DNA from: Isurus oxyrinchus
Taxonomy: Eukaryota
Length of the DNA stretch: 64,000 nt
Assembly (NCBI GenBank): GCA_026770705.1
Contig: JANJGN010000018.1
Location: 26,970,001 to 27,034,000, forward strand
Reading direction: 5' to 3'
A program made the position numbers and the translations under genes. This document shows, in pieces, positions 1 to 11,899 of the stretch (the first letter of the stretch is position 1; every line of letters starts with the position of its first letter). The notes under the pieces are model-generated. The model was not told where the DNA came from and did not search any database. It was given only the letters and a program-made list of their open reading frames with translations.

Positions 1-524
1 GAGTGTGTGCGCGCGCCCGCTGGAGAGAGAGAGAGAGAGACAAGGAGGGAGTGTGTGCGCGCGCCCGCTGGAGAGAGAGAGAGACAAGGAGGGAGTGTGT
101 GCGCGCGCCCGCTGGAGAGAGAGAGAGAGAGACAAGGAGGGAGTGTGTGCGCGCGCCCGCTGGAGAGAGAGAGAGAGAGACAAGGAGGGAGTGTGTGCGC
201 GCGCCCGCTGGAGAGAGAGAGAGACAAGGAGGGAGTGTGTGCGCGCGCCCGCTGGAGAGAGAGAGAGACAAGGAGGGAGTGTGTGCGCGCGCCCGCTGGA
301 GAGAGAGAGAGAGAGACAAGGAGGGAGTGTGTGCGCGCGCCCGCTGGAGAGAGAGAGAGACAAGGAGGGAGTGTGTGCGCGCGCCCGCTGGAGAGAGAGA
401 CAAGGAGGGAGTGTGTGCGCGCGCCCGCTGGAGAGAGAGAGAGAGAGAGAGACAAGGAGGGAGTGTGTGCGCACGCCTGCTGGAGAGAGAGAGAGACAAG
501 GAGGGAGTGTGTGCGCGCGCCCGC

Positions 525-555
<31 letters not shown>

Positions 556-840
556 AAGGAGGGAGTGTGTGCGCGCGCCCGCTGGAGAGAGAGAGAGACA
601 AGGAGGGAGTGTGTGCGCGCGCCCGCTGGAGGGAGAGAGAGAGAGAGAGACAAGGAGGGAGTGTGTGCGCGCGCCCGCTGGAGGGAGAGAGAGGAGAGAC
701 AAGGAGGGAGTGTGTGCGCGCGCCCGCTGGAGAGAGAGAGAGACAAGGAGGGAGTGTGTGCGCGCGCCCGCTGGAGGGAGAGAGAGACAAGGAGGGAGTG
801 TGTGCGCGCGCCCGCTGGAGAGAGAGACAAGGAGGGAGTG
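1..840. repeat. Minisatellite of about 18 units (~40-58 bp): GAGTGTGTGCGCGCGCCCGCTG(GA)nCAAGGAGG, truncated by the window start
   Basis: Directly visible tandem units with variable (GA)n length; the three overlapping ORFs are translations of the repeat. Confidence 0.97.
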
Positions 841-3371
841 ATGTTGAGCGAGAGAGAGAAAGTCAGGATTAGTGAGAGGTCTTTCCAGATCCCCACCACC
901 CTCCAGTTGAAAATATTTCCCCTCGAATTCTCTGAAACTTCCCACCTCTTACACTGCAATCCTTGACCCCTGGTTATGGACCCCTCAAATAAATGCTAAT
1001 CACACTTTTACATACTTCCTTCTGGTCTCCCCTGAGCCTCCTGTGTACCATTAACTTTTGCCCCTCCCATTCTTCATTCTTGACAACATGCTCATAAATC
1101 TCCTCTGTACCCCCTCTCCTGTATTCATGGCAGGAAGATGGGGTGGCTGTTCGGTGCGATAGGGCGTAATTGGGTTGGCAGGTCCTCAGGTTGAGGTGTT
1201 GTAGGAGATGTTGGTCAAGGTATCAGTGTGGGTGACTGGGGTTTGTCAGTTCTGTGGTTAACCAGGTGTTAGACTAGGTTTTAATCTATCTAACATTTCC
1301 TGGCTAGCTATTCAGCGAAATAAATTGCAACTGTCCAAAGTCTTTGACTCTAGCTCAGTGTCCGAATTATTTGCAGGAGGGTTCCCAGGGAATTACCCTT
1401 CAGAAGTTCAAATTTCCTTGGCAATTCCCATGCAAGACCACATGTCAGGACTTCCACAGGGTCCCGGATGTATGCCTCTGGTAGTATTTCCTGTCTTTGG
1501 CAATCAGGATATTGGAAGATCTGGGACCACACCTTTCCTATGGTGCAGTGCATGCAGTACTCCAGCTGTGGCTGAACCAGTGTTTTATACAGTTCCAGCA
1601 TAACTGTCACAGGTTACAGGAAAAGTTAGGGAAAATATACGAATTTCACCTAATATTTATATAATTAGGACACTTCCCTTTAGAATTGAATAAATGGTTA
1701 CAGGCTAACGGACAACCATTTTACCCAGAAGCCTTTTCACATACATGGGCAGCACTGAAATTAATTTTAAAAAAATCTCTGAATTTAACTGTAGACAGAC
1801 ATTATGTTGGTAGCACCCACTGGAATTCTAGTGCTCCTGCCTTTTGTTGGAAATCGGTATCAATGAGGACTACCTTCCACAATTTCAATGCTTTATTCAT
1901 TACCAAATAAAAGTGGTAACACGTTAATGGTAGTTCAGTGTGGGATTTGGCATCGTTACCTATTAAGGCATTCTTAAAATTTCACTCAGCAAATCATGAA
2001 ACACTCGTGGGCTTCCAAAAGTCAGTATTGAACAACATCAGACCCCTGATACAAAAGACATGCTATAAAAATGTAGCCTTTACTGAGCTTGAAATGAAAA
2101 ACTTTAAAAATTACTAATTCTGTTAAAATTTTAAAATCACTATGAAAATATAAAAAAAAGTGAAATTAATTAGGGTTGATGTTAGAACACATCACAAGCA
2201 TTTATTGATCAGATACATGCTCACAGTGTTCATATAATAAGGCCATCCTCAACAATTAAACAATAGTGAATTATACAAGATAGTCAAAAGGGAGGAGTTT
2301 AAACGAGACAACACCCATAACTGCTAGAAAGAATGGAATTTAGTTCAGTGGGATATAAAAGATATAGGCTTTTCTTCAGAAAAGCAGTCGTATTAAAGGA
2401 GGATTTAAAAGGGAAACCTCAGGCAGTCGAAGAATTGGAAACTTTAACAGATTTTTCATATTCTGTTGTTCAGACAGCAGAGACAACTCAGCGATTTAAG
2501 GCAATACTTTCCTTTAACTATTTGAAGGATGTCCTAAGATTTTTTTTTAGTCTGTAGCATTATTTTAAAGTCTCTTACTGGATTCTATTTTAGAACTAAG
2601 ACTATGTTTTCCCTCTTTCTGTACTTATCCATTTATGAGTGTATTGCATGTTAAATAGTTCTTTAACAAACTTGTAAATAAGTTTGTAAAATATCTCTCA
2701 TGTAGTCTTCTATATGCAGCGTAGGAACCTCCTCTCTCTACTTCTTAAAGTGGGGAGATACAATTTTTTGAAAAGATGCCCCTCCCTGGACCCTTTTAAT
2801 ATCCAGGTAATTATAATCTAGCTGATAACTATTTAAAAAACTATCTGGAAGAAGGTAATATCTCTTGATAGTTATCTTCCTTGGGGGGGAAAAGTGGTTC
2901 ACTTGCTCAGACTCAGACCAAGTGTCTGTGGTAAGTGGCTATTTTGAACTCGAGAGAGTGATTATTAAGGGCTTAGGTTTATAATTCACTTCATAACCTC
3001 CCAGTTATAAAGGCAAGTACCCCCTTTGTCATCTTAACCATCTCAACTGCCTGTCCTCCTACCTTGGATCTATGGACATGCACTCCAAAGTCCCTCTTCT
3101 CTCTCTCGGTCTCTCCCCATATTCCACAAATGTCTTTAAAAAAGGAAGTCATAATGCAGGAAGGTGGAGTTGAGGTACAAGATCAGCCACAGAGCAGCTT
3201 CAAAGGATCCTCCCCTTCTCAGCATCCTTCCCTTTATTTGCTTGCCCTCCCCAAATGCATTACCCCACATTTCTTTGGATTGAACTCCATTTGTCCACCC
3301 ACCTGACCAGTTCATTGATATCTTCTTGCAGTTGACAGCTTTCTTCCTCGTTATCAACCACACAGCCAAGA

Positions 3372-4300
3372 ACAAAGAAAAGTACAGCACAGGAACAGGC
3401 CCTTCGGCCCTCCAAGCCTGCGCCGATCATATTGCCTGTCAAACTAAAATATTTTGCACCTCCGGGGTCCGTATCCCTCTATTCCCATCCTGTTCATATA
3501 TTTGTCAAGCTGCCTCTTAAACACCACTATCGTACCTGCTTCCACCACCACCTCTGGCAGTGAATTCCAGACACTCACTACCCTCTGCGTAAAAAAAACT
3601 TGCCCCGGACATCTCTATAGTTTTCTCCTCTCACCTTAAATCTATGTCCCCTAGTAACTGACTCTGTATCGTCTGAAAATTTCTTAGTCATATGCCCTAC
3701 ATTCGTCTAAATGATTGACAAACACCACAAAAAGAAAGGGAGCCAGTCCTGAGACCTGTGGAAGCCCACTTCCTGTCATAAAACATTCACTTTGCTTCCT
3801 GCCTCTGAGCCAATTTTGGATCCAACTCATTAATTTGCCTTGGCTTCTCTTTCATGAGCAGTCTGCCATGTGGGACCTTATCAAAAGCTTTGCTAAAATC
3901 CATATAGACTACAACAAATTGACCACCCTCATCGACCCTTCTTGTTAACTCCCCAAAACAATCAATCACCTTAATCAGACATAATCTTAACAAATTATGC
4001 TGACTGTCCTTCTTTAATCCATGTCTTTCTGACTGAAGATTTATTCCTGTCCTCCAGAATATTTTCCAGTAATCTTCCCACCAGCGAGGTTAGACTGATT
4101 GGTCTATAATTACTCAGTCTATCCATTTCTCCCTTTTTAAACAACGATATAATGTTAACTGTCCTCCAGTCGTTCAGCACCACATGCGTGGCCAGAGTGT
4201 ATGGAGAGAGAAAGCATTGGAGAAAGGAGCTGGAGTAGGCCATTTGGCCCTTTGAAGCTGCTCTGTGGCTGATCTTGTACCTCAACTCCATTTTCCTGGA
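3372..4300 (-). mobile_element. CR1-type LINE fragments (3' tail plus RT pieces)
   Basis: Minus-strand peptides VVYMDFSKAFDKVPHGRL and NYRPISLTSLVGRLLE; CR1-type tail ...GGCCGAAGGGCCTGTTCCTGTGCTGTAC. Confidence 0.85.
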
Positions 4301-4661
4301 TTACGACTTCCTTTTTTAAAGACATTTGTGGAATATGGGAAGAGACAGAGAGACCCTTTGGTTATTTGGTGAAGACACAGGGACTCAGCCTAGAACCCCG
4401 TGTTCATGGTTTGTTAATTATTTTGTTAGGGTACGCAAGTAAAGGGCAATAATTAAGAACTTTGAGCACATATGAAGAGGGGACTTCCACAGCCAGTGGG
4501 CACTGCGCCTACATCCCATGAATGAATAGAAAAAGCATTAGGAAGTGGGATACTAGACAGTGACAATTGAAGAGCTGGCATGATAAGCTGAATGGCCTCC
4601 TGTGTAGTTCTATGTGCAATCAACAAAAACAAATTGAAACATTCGGTGAAATTGTTTGCTT

Positions 4662-4667
4662 TTTATT
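4662..4667 (-). promoter_or_regulatory. Putative polyadenylation signal AATAAA of the APOO-like gene
   Basis: TTTATT on + strand about 185 nt downstream of the predicted stop, in unique sequence. Confidence 0.6.
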
Positions 4668-4849
4668 GGATCACATTCAATATACACATATTTCTCGTCT
4701 GTGAGAGTGTTTTGAAACTATCTCCACAAACAACAATAATCACATCTCTGATAAATTGTCATAAATATGATCTGATTCACAAAGCCATAATGATTCAAAC
4801 TCATTTTCAAGGGAAATACTGCTTCAGTTGCTGGTTCTATTTCTCGAGA

Positions 4850-4870
4850 TCAATCATTCCGTTTGACAAC
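4850..4870 (-). CDS. APOO: APOO/MIC26-like, putative terminal coding exon 8 (VVKRND*)
   Basis: Acceptor ttgttttctggcag|GTT, phase 0 compatible with exon 7, stop TGA then 3'UTR with AATAAA; no homology support, inferred from signals. Confidence 0.55.
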   Translation of the reverse strand, partial: VVKRND

Positions 4871-5047
4871 CTGCCAGAAAACAATCGCTTCAGTGAATCT
4901 ACTGCGTGAAGAGAAGCATGAAGTTATTCTCTCTGTGAGATGCCTGGGTGAGAACAACTGGGTGGATTTTCCCAACTTTCATCTCCTTTGGTGCTGGCCA
5001 GGCACAGTGCACTCAGTGTCAACTGGCTGAACCATTAACATGGATCC

Positions 5048-5200
5048 AAAACAAAAACTGAAATACCTGGAAAAACTCAGCAGGTCTGGCAGCATCGGCA
5101 GAGAAGAACAAAGTTGACTTTTCAAGTCCTCATGACCCTTCAACAGAACTAAGTAAAAATAGGAGAGGGGTGAAATATAAGCTGGTTTAAGGTGGGGGGG
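5048..5200 (-). mobile_element. Penelope-like element 3'-end fragment with degenerate hammerhead motif (5112-5150)
   Basis: Matches the terminal sequence of the PLE at 41797-41950. Confidence 0.8.
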
Positions 5201-5387
5201 ATGGGGGATCTATGCCAGCCCAATTTACTTGTGGGTGTGTCCAGAACAAGAGGCCATCAATATAAGATAGTCACTAATAAATCCAGTAAAGAATTCAGGA
5301 GAAACTTCTTTACCCACAGAGTCAGAATGTGGGTAATGTACCACATTGAGTCCTTGAGGTGACTAGCATAGATGCATTTAAGAGGAA

Positions 5388-6066
5388 CAAAAACAAAAAA
5401 TGCTGGAAAAACTTAGGTCTGACAGCATCTGTGGAGAGAGAAACAGAGTTAATGTTTCGAGTCCGTATGTCTCTTCAGAACTAAAGAGAAGTAGAAATGT
5501 GGTGAAATATATACTGTTTAAGGGGGGGTGGGACAGGTGAAGCTGGATAGAGGGCCAGTGATAGGTGGAGGCAAAGGAGAGATTGCAGAAGATGTCATAA
5601 ACAAAAGGTGGAAGGGGTGTTGATGGTGGTGATACTGGCTAAAGAATGCACTAATGGCAACATTAAAAACAGAAAGCCGGATGAGCAAGTGACCGATGGC
5701 CCTGGGGGGGGGGGGGGGGGGGTGGGGTGGGAGAAAATATCAAAATAGGCTAAAAGGTGGGGATGAAGCAATTTTTAAAAATAATAATAGAAATAGATGG
5801 GAAAAAGTATATATGTATAAAAATTAAAAAAATAAATAATTGAAAATGGGGAATCAAAAAGGGGTGAGGATGGAGGACAGAGCTCATGATCTGAAATTGT
5901 TGATCTCAATGTTAAGTCCGGAAGGCTATAAAGTGTCTAATCGGAAGGTGAGGTGCTGTTCCTCCAGTTTGCGTTCAGCTTCACTGGAACATTGTAGCAG
6001 GCCAAGTACGGACATGTGGGCATGAGAGCAGGGTGGTGTGTTGAAATGGCAAGAGACAGGGAGGTC
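5388..6066 (-). mobile_element. 5'-truncated Penelope-like element (end of GIY-YIG region plus 3'UTR) inserted into a CR1 fragment
   Basis: Minus-strand EQHLTFRL...PSGLNIEINNFRS matches the C-terminus of ORF 42291-43472; flanked by TGCATTTAAGA(G/A)GAA at 5373-5387 and 6067-6081. Confidence 0.85.
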
Positions 6067-8763
6067 TGCATTTAAGAAGAAACTAGGTAATGCATGAGGG
6101 GAGAAAGTAATAGAAGGCTATCTTGATGGGGTTAGAAGAAGGAGGCACATGGGAAGCATATACACCAGCATAGTCCTGTTAGGCTGAATGTTCAGTTGCT
6201 GCACTGTAAGATCGATGTACTATGTGAGATTTGTTTGCAATTCTCCCAGAAGGCTGAAACCACACATTGTCGTTGGTCTATGTGGGGGAGGCTGGAGAAC
6301 CACATTTGGGGTCATAGAAAATGGGTAGCCATTTACCCTGAAACTATTTTGTCACAGGAATTCAGAGTTGCTAAAAGCACAGTCCATCTTCGGCACTGAA
6401 CCAAACTGACCAGAAAATCCTAGGACTCTACCCCTGATCGGTGTGCCATTAACTGAGCTCAGCTAGAGTGGTAAGAGGAGCACAGTGTGGTTGGGAGTAG
6501 GGTGGAAATCAGCCCATGGTTCCTGCTCCCGAGTAGTGCAAAGTGTGTACATGTGTGTTCATCTGCATGGACTTAAACAATCTTAGAATTTGATCCTTGC
6601 TGGCAAGTACTACATTTATTGTGTATTCCCATTTATTCTCTGAAGGTGCTGCTGGGCCACTTTTTTGAAGTACTGTGGATGGTTTTGATTCAACTGAATG
6701 GCTTCTGAGCACAGTTAAAAGTCAACCATGTTGATTTGGGATTGGAGTCACACATACGGTATGATCTAGGTAAGTAGGGCAGGTTTCCTTCCCCAAAGGA
6801 CATTCATGAACCAGCTAGCTACTTTCCACAATCTCTCAGCTTTGTGGTCACTCCTACTGATAGCAGCTTTTAATTTACTGATTTCTTTAAAAACTGAATT
6901 CACATTCACAAACCACCACAGTATGATTTAAACACAAATTGTCAGGATTGTTGGCCCAGGCCTCTGGAGAACTAATTCAGTTAAAAAACACCCATTACAC
7001 TATTGCAATGTTTAGGATAGGGCTGGGCTCAGCTGGGATACCCCAAACACTCACTGACACATGAATCATCCTGGTTGACTGATGCCCACCAATAAGTCTG
7101 CATAAACAGCTGTGGTATTTTCATGTCCACTGATGCCTAGCCTGTCTCCAAAATAAACCTTGTGATTTTTTTTCTTCAATATGAAACATGATGGGGTCAT
7201 TACAAGAGTGAGGGAAATGAAAACAACTAATACAGAGAAATGAAAACACTTTCTCCCCCACCTCACCTCTCATTAAGGTTCCCAGAATCAATAATTATAC
7301 CATCAGTTTGCAAATACACTTCTGTCTGAACCTAATGAGATTAATGCAACTGTACAAGTATAAAAGGAGATCTGCAAGTCAACTAATACATACCAATTAC
7401 TGATAGAGTTTAAGAGGAAGTGTTCGGACCTGATTGTTGAACATCTTCAGCCTTTAAAATGCATGAGAGTTCAGGTTACTTTTCCAACAAAAAATATTCA
7501 GCAAAAAATGTTAGGATGTTCAACAGCAGCAAATGCGACTTTATAAGTGTTATTATCTTCTTGCATACAGGTTCTTGAACCAGGCTGTCAGAGTTACAGA
7601 GCTCACACTCCCATCCGCAAATGTTGTGTGCAGGGGTAGAGTGCACAAATCTTTTATAACGGGGCAATCTATCTGTGCAGGGGTACATGCTACATAAACC
7701 CTTTAGAAGGTGACAATTTATTTGTACAGGAGCACAATGCCATGCGAACCTTTTATATTTGAGATCTATCTACACAGAGATACAGTGCCAAAACAAGAGT
7801 GTGAACAGTGTTTCTTCTGACATGGTTTTCTTTGGCTATCAGTCGAGTGGAGGCAGAGACAGGACTAATGGAGTGTTGCAAAAAGGTCAAAGAAAGGAGG
7901 GAGCGCCCTGAGGTCAAGTGACATACTCTGAACCGGTGGCCAACTCTGGGAGCTGGGGGGTGGGCAGCAGGCCTGGAGATGGGGAAATGAAGTGTGGTAC
8001 AGTGAGAGGAGCAGACTGAGTAGTGCCAGGGATTGGCTCCATTTTGGGATAGTATACAGAGTAATTTCAAACGGACATGTGGTAAGTATATCAGGCTTAG
8101 GATGAAGGGGTGACATGGGACCTCTCTATCCCGAGGCTCTCCACTGCTGAGATTTCTCTCAGCTTGCCTGGCTCTGTTGTGCATTAATTGAGAGCTATGA
8201 TTACTCCCCTATTGATATATCATTGTCCTAGGAGGACAACAAGGGCAGCAGATACATGGGAACACCACCACCTGGAAGTTCCCTTCCACCGTTCCTTCAC
8301 TGTCGCTGGGTCAAAATCCTGGAACTCCATCCCTAACAGCACGAGGGGTGTACCTACACCACATGGATTGCAGATGTTCAAGAAGACAGCTCACCACCCC
8401 TTCTCAAGGGCAATTAGGGATGGGCAATAAACGCTGGCCCAGCTGGCGATGCCCACATCCCATGAATGAATAAAAAAAGGCAACTATCAGGATGGTAAAA
8501 GGTAAAGTAAATGGACCTTGGTCTTCTTACATCTCACAATTCTTATGTCCTATTGGCACAGAGGAAGAGATATATAGGGAGAGAGCCAGAAAAATGCTTC
8601 AGCCATTAGATGACTCAGATGATGGCTCTGCCCAGGGTTAGGCTTGCCCAGGGTCACCTGTGTGCAGACCAGCTCCACCCAGACCCAAGGTCTGTTTTGG
8701 CCAGCCTTAACAATTCTGACTTTTTTAAGACTAGCACAGTTATAAAGCAGACAGCTAGAATAC

Positions 8764-8880
8764 CTGATTGTCACTGAGTGTGGGTGTAGGTTGTTGTTCC
8801 CTGTTTGTGTTTTTTCTCCAAAAGGATTCAACAGTTAAATACCCTTGCATAGATATTTCATAAAGTGTCGTGCTGGCCAC
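8764..8880 (-). CDS. APOO: APOO/MIC26-like exon 7 (VASTTLYEISMQGYLTVESFWRKNTNREQQPTPTLSDNQ)
   Basis: ttatttttctcag|GTG...CAG|gtattc, 117 nt, phase 0/0; resembles APOO [24 protein letters not shown]. Confidence 0.88.
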
Positions 8881-9522
8881 CTGAGAAAAATAACAAATAA
8901 TCACAGACATTTTCTACATGTATAAAGGATTGCAAATCATCACTATAATATTTATTACCTGTGCACCTCATCATTCAGGCAATCCTTTGCTGAAACCTCC
9001 CTGTCCCTCTGAGTACTAACCAGGCTGGATAACATTGGTATTTTCTGCTCCCAGACGAACTAGCTGTGAAAAGACAGTGACTACCAGCAGCTCTCTGAAA
9101 GGGCCGAGCAGGAATCAGACCCTGTTATAGAAGAGGCAGGCCAATCAGCTCAATGTGCACAAGTACAGGGCTTCCCAAGCTGTGGGCTGGCAGCTGCAAG
9201 CTCTGAAACAGCAATGTCTGCTGTGCAGCTCCAGTACAGCGTTAGCAGCTTTGAGGCCCCCTTTAAATCCTCCTGTTTTTTTTAATAGTAGGCCTGGCCT
9301 AACTGACCAATCTTCGAAACCTGATTCCAATTCCAAAAAAGCCAGTGAAAAATAGGAGTATTTATTTAAAAACCCTGAGTTTAAACAGCCCGCTCCTACT
9401 TTCACAGCTCTCCACCCTACCCCCTCGCTCTCAGCTCTATCCCCTCACCTGGATTATGCTGTGATCATGGTCACTGAAGGAAAAAGTTTGGCAAGTACTG
9501 CAGTGGTGTCTTTCTGCATGTT

Positions 9523-10560
9523 TAATCCTCTCTCCCTGTCACTCCCCACACCCTTTAATACACCACCGAGTCTGATCCTCTCTCCCCGTCACTCCCCACA
9601 CGCCTTAATACTCCACCGAGTCTAATCCTCTCTCCCTGTCACTCCCCACACCTTTAATACTCCACCGAGTCTAATCCTCTCTCCCTGTCACTCCCCACAC
9701 CTTTAATACTCCACCGAGTCTAATCCTCTCTCCCCGTCACTCCCCACACCCTGTAATACTCCACCGAGTCTAATCCTCTCTCCCTGTCACTCCCCACACC
9801 CTGTAATACTCCACCGAGTCTAATCCTCTCCCTGTCACTCCCCACACCCTTTAATACTCCACCGAGTCTAACCCACTCTCCCCGTCACTCCCCACACCCT
9901 TTAATACTCCACCGAGTCTAATCCTCTCTCCCCGTCACTCCCCACACCCTTTAATACTCCACCGAGTCTAATCTCTCTCCCCGTCACTCCCCACACCCTT
10001 TAATACTCCACCGAGTCTAATCCTCTCTCCCCGTCACTCCCAACACCCTTTAATACTCAACCGAGTCTAATCCTCTCTCCCAACACCCTTTAATACTCCA
10101 CCGAGTCTAATCCTCTCTCCCTGTCACTCCCAACACCCTTTAATACTCCACCGAGTCTAATCCTCTCTCCCCATCAGCCTCACACCCTTTAATACTCCAC
10201 CAAGTCTAATCCTCTCTCCCCATCATTTCCCACACCCTTTAGACCATAAGACGTGGGAGCAGAAATCAGGCCATTCGGCCCATCGAGTCTGCTCCACCAT
10301 TCAATCATGGCTGATAAGTTTCTCAACCCCATTCTTCCGCCTTCTCCCCGTAACCTTTGATCCCCTTACCAATCAAGAACCTACCTTTAATACTCCACCG
10401 AGTCTAATCCTCTCTCCCCTTCACTCCCCACAGCCTTTAATACCCCGCTAAATTTAATCCCACTCTTCTCTTCACTCCCCACACCCTTTAATTTCCCACC
10501 CAGTCTAATACCACCCTCCAGTTTACTCCCCACAACCTTTAATATCCCACCCAGCCTAAT
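9523..10560. repeat. ~50-bp minisatellite (CTCTCTCCCCGTCACTCCCCACACCCTTTAATACTCCACCGAGTCTAATC), interrupted by a CR1 3'-end insertion at about 10241-10384
   Basis: About 14 conserved units, then degenerate units; the insertion is flanked by CCTTTA on both sides. Confidence 0.93.
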
Positions 10561-10639
10561 GCCACTCTAAGGGTGTTCTGGCTAATATTTATTTCTCAAC
10601 AAAGATAACGAAAACAGATTATCTGGTAGTACGTTATCA

Positions 10640-11060
10640 GCCATGGTTCAGTGTGCAGCACTCTCACCTCTGAGCCAGAAAGTTGCCAGTTCAAGTCCTA
10701 ATTCAGGGACTTGAGTGCAAAATCGAAGATGTCATTTAAATGTAGTATACAAGTTGCACTGTCAGAGTTGCTGATTTTCAGCTGAGACATTAAACCGAGG
10801 ACCTGTCTGCCCTCGCAGGTGAAAGATTCCACTGCAATGAGGAATAGCAGGGGAGTCTACCCAGTGTTCTGACCAATACTTATTGCTCAATCAATACCTA
10901 AAAACATAATTCAGTCAATAAACATTGCTGTCCATGGGAGCTTGCTGTGCACAAAGTGGCATTAAACAGTGAGTGCACTGGAGAAGTACATAATTGGCTG
11001 TAAAATGCTTTTGAATGTCCTGAGATTGTGGAAGGGGTGATATAAATTCAAGTCTTCAGC
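10640..11060 (+). mobile_element. Old tRNA-derived SINE with L2-like tail
   Basis: A-box/B-box-like head (TGGTTCAGTG...GTTCAAGTCC) and tail (...AAATGCTTTTGAATGTCCTGAG...ATAAATTCAAGTC). Confidence 0.65.
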
Positions 11061-11262
11061 ACATTCTTTAGACAACAACAATCTTTCAGAAACACTCCAG
11101 AAGACCTGAAGCAGATATAAAACCCATTTTGGTAATTCCAATATTTGCTCAGAACCCTAACACTAATAATATGAAGAAATTATAACATTTCCTATATATT
11201 ACTGAACTGATCTGTGTGTCACTAGTTGAAGCAACTGGGATTAAGATAATACCAATAATTAC

Positions 11263-11354
11263 CTTTGCTGCTTCAATCGTTTCTTCAGGATAATATAAAG
11301 AGGCACAAGCTGCGACAAACCCACACGAATAAATCACTTTCCTTATACGGGACC
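11263..11354 (-). CDS. APOO: APOO/MIC26-like exon 6 (GSRIRKVIYSCGFVAACASLYYPEETIEAAK)
   Basis: tag|GG...AAG|gtaatt, 92 nt; ASLYYP motif as in APOO [23 protein letters not shown]. Confidence 0.95.
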
Positions 11355-11899
11355 CTATAAAATGCAACAAAATGAGATTAAAAGAATTGAAAGTACAGAC
11401 AGAAAAATCCCAGGGACCAAGCTTAGGAAATGGCTGCCTCATCCAGAGAGGCTCATAATCAACAAGCTGTCAATTCAACTTACAAACTGAATCTGGTATT
11501 GGTGGGTGGGCAGGAAGGTGAGCAGTTGGTGGAAAACAGTCACAGCAACAGGGGGAAAGAGTCATTGGCTGAAAGTGGTCAGTGTTTGGGCCCAATCTCA
11601 CCCCAGTGCCATTATATTGAGGAGCAGTTTGGCTAAATGTCACATTGCATAGTGGTAAGATCAAGCCCCACTTTTGATTGGAGAGTAACAATGTAGGCTG
11701 ACGCACTCAGTGCAGCACTGTTGGAGGTGCCATTCTTTCAGATGAGAGGGTAAACTGAGATCCCATTGGGACTGAGGAAAACTTGGCCTATGTATGCCCT
11801 TGACAGGAGACAATGAAAGAGGATCTTATACGGATTAAAGGACTTTGATAAAGTAAAGGTTCCTGCCCTTGCTACAGTACCAAAAGACTCTTGTCAAAG

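Noticed and set aside
3-966. Three long Arg/Glu-rich ORFs
   Set aside because: They are translations of the minisatellite, which lacks stops in all three frames; no coding signal
7159-7226. Hydrophobic, TM-like exon candidate (VVFISLTLVMTPSCFILKKKNHK) in APOO intron 7
   Set aside because: Weak donor (gtttat), phase incompatible with exon 7, and no partner exons found
11060-11156. Alternative candidate for APOO exon 7 (GSEQILELPKW...)
   Set aside because: No good donor; 8764-8880 fits homology and splice signals much better
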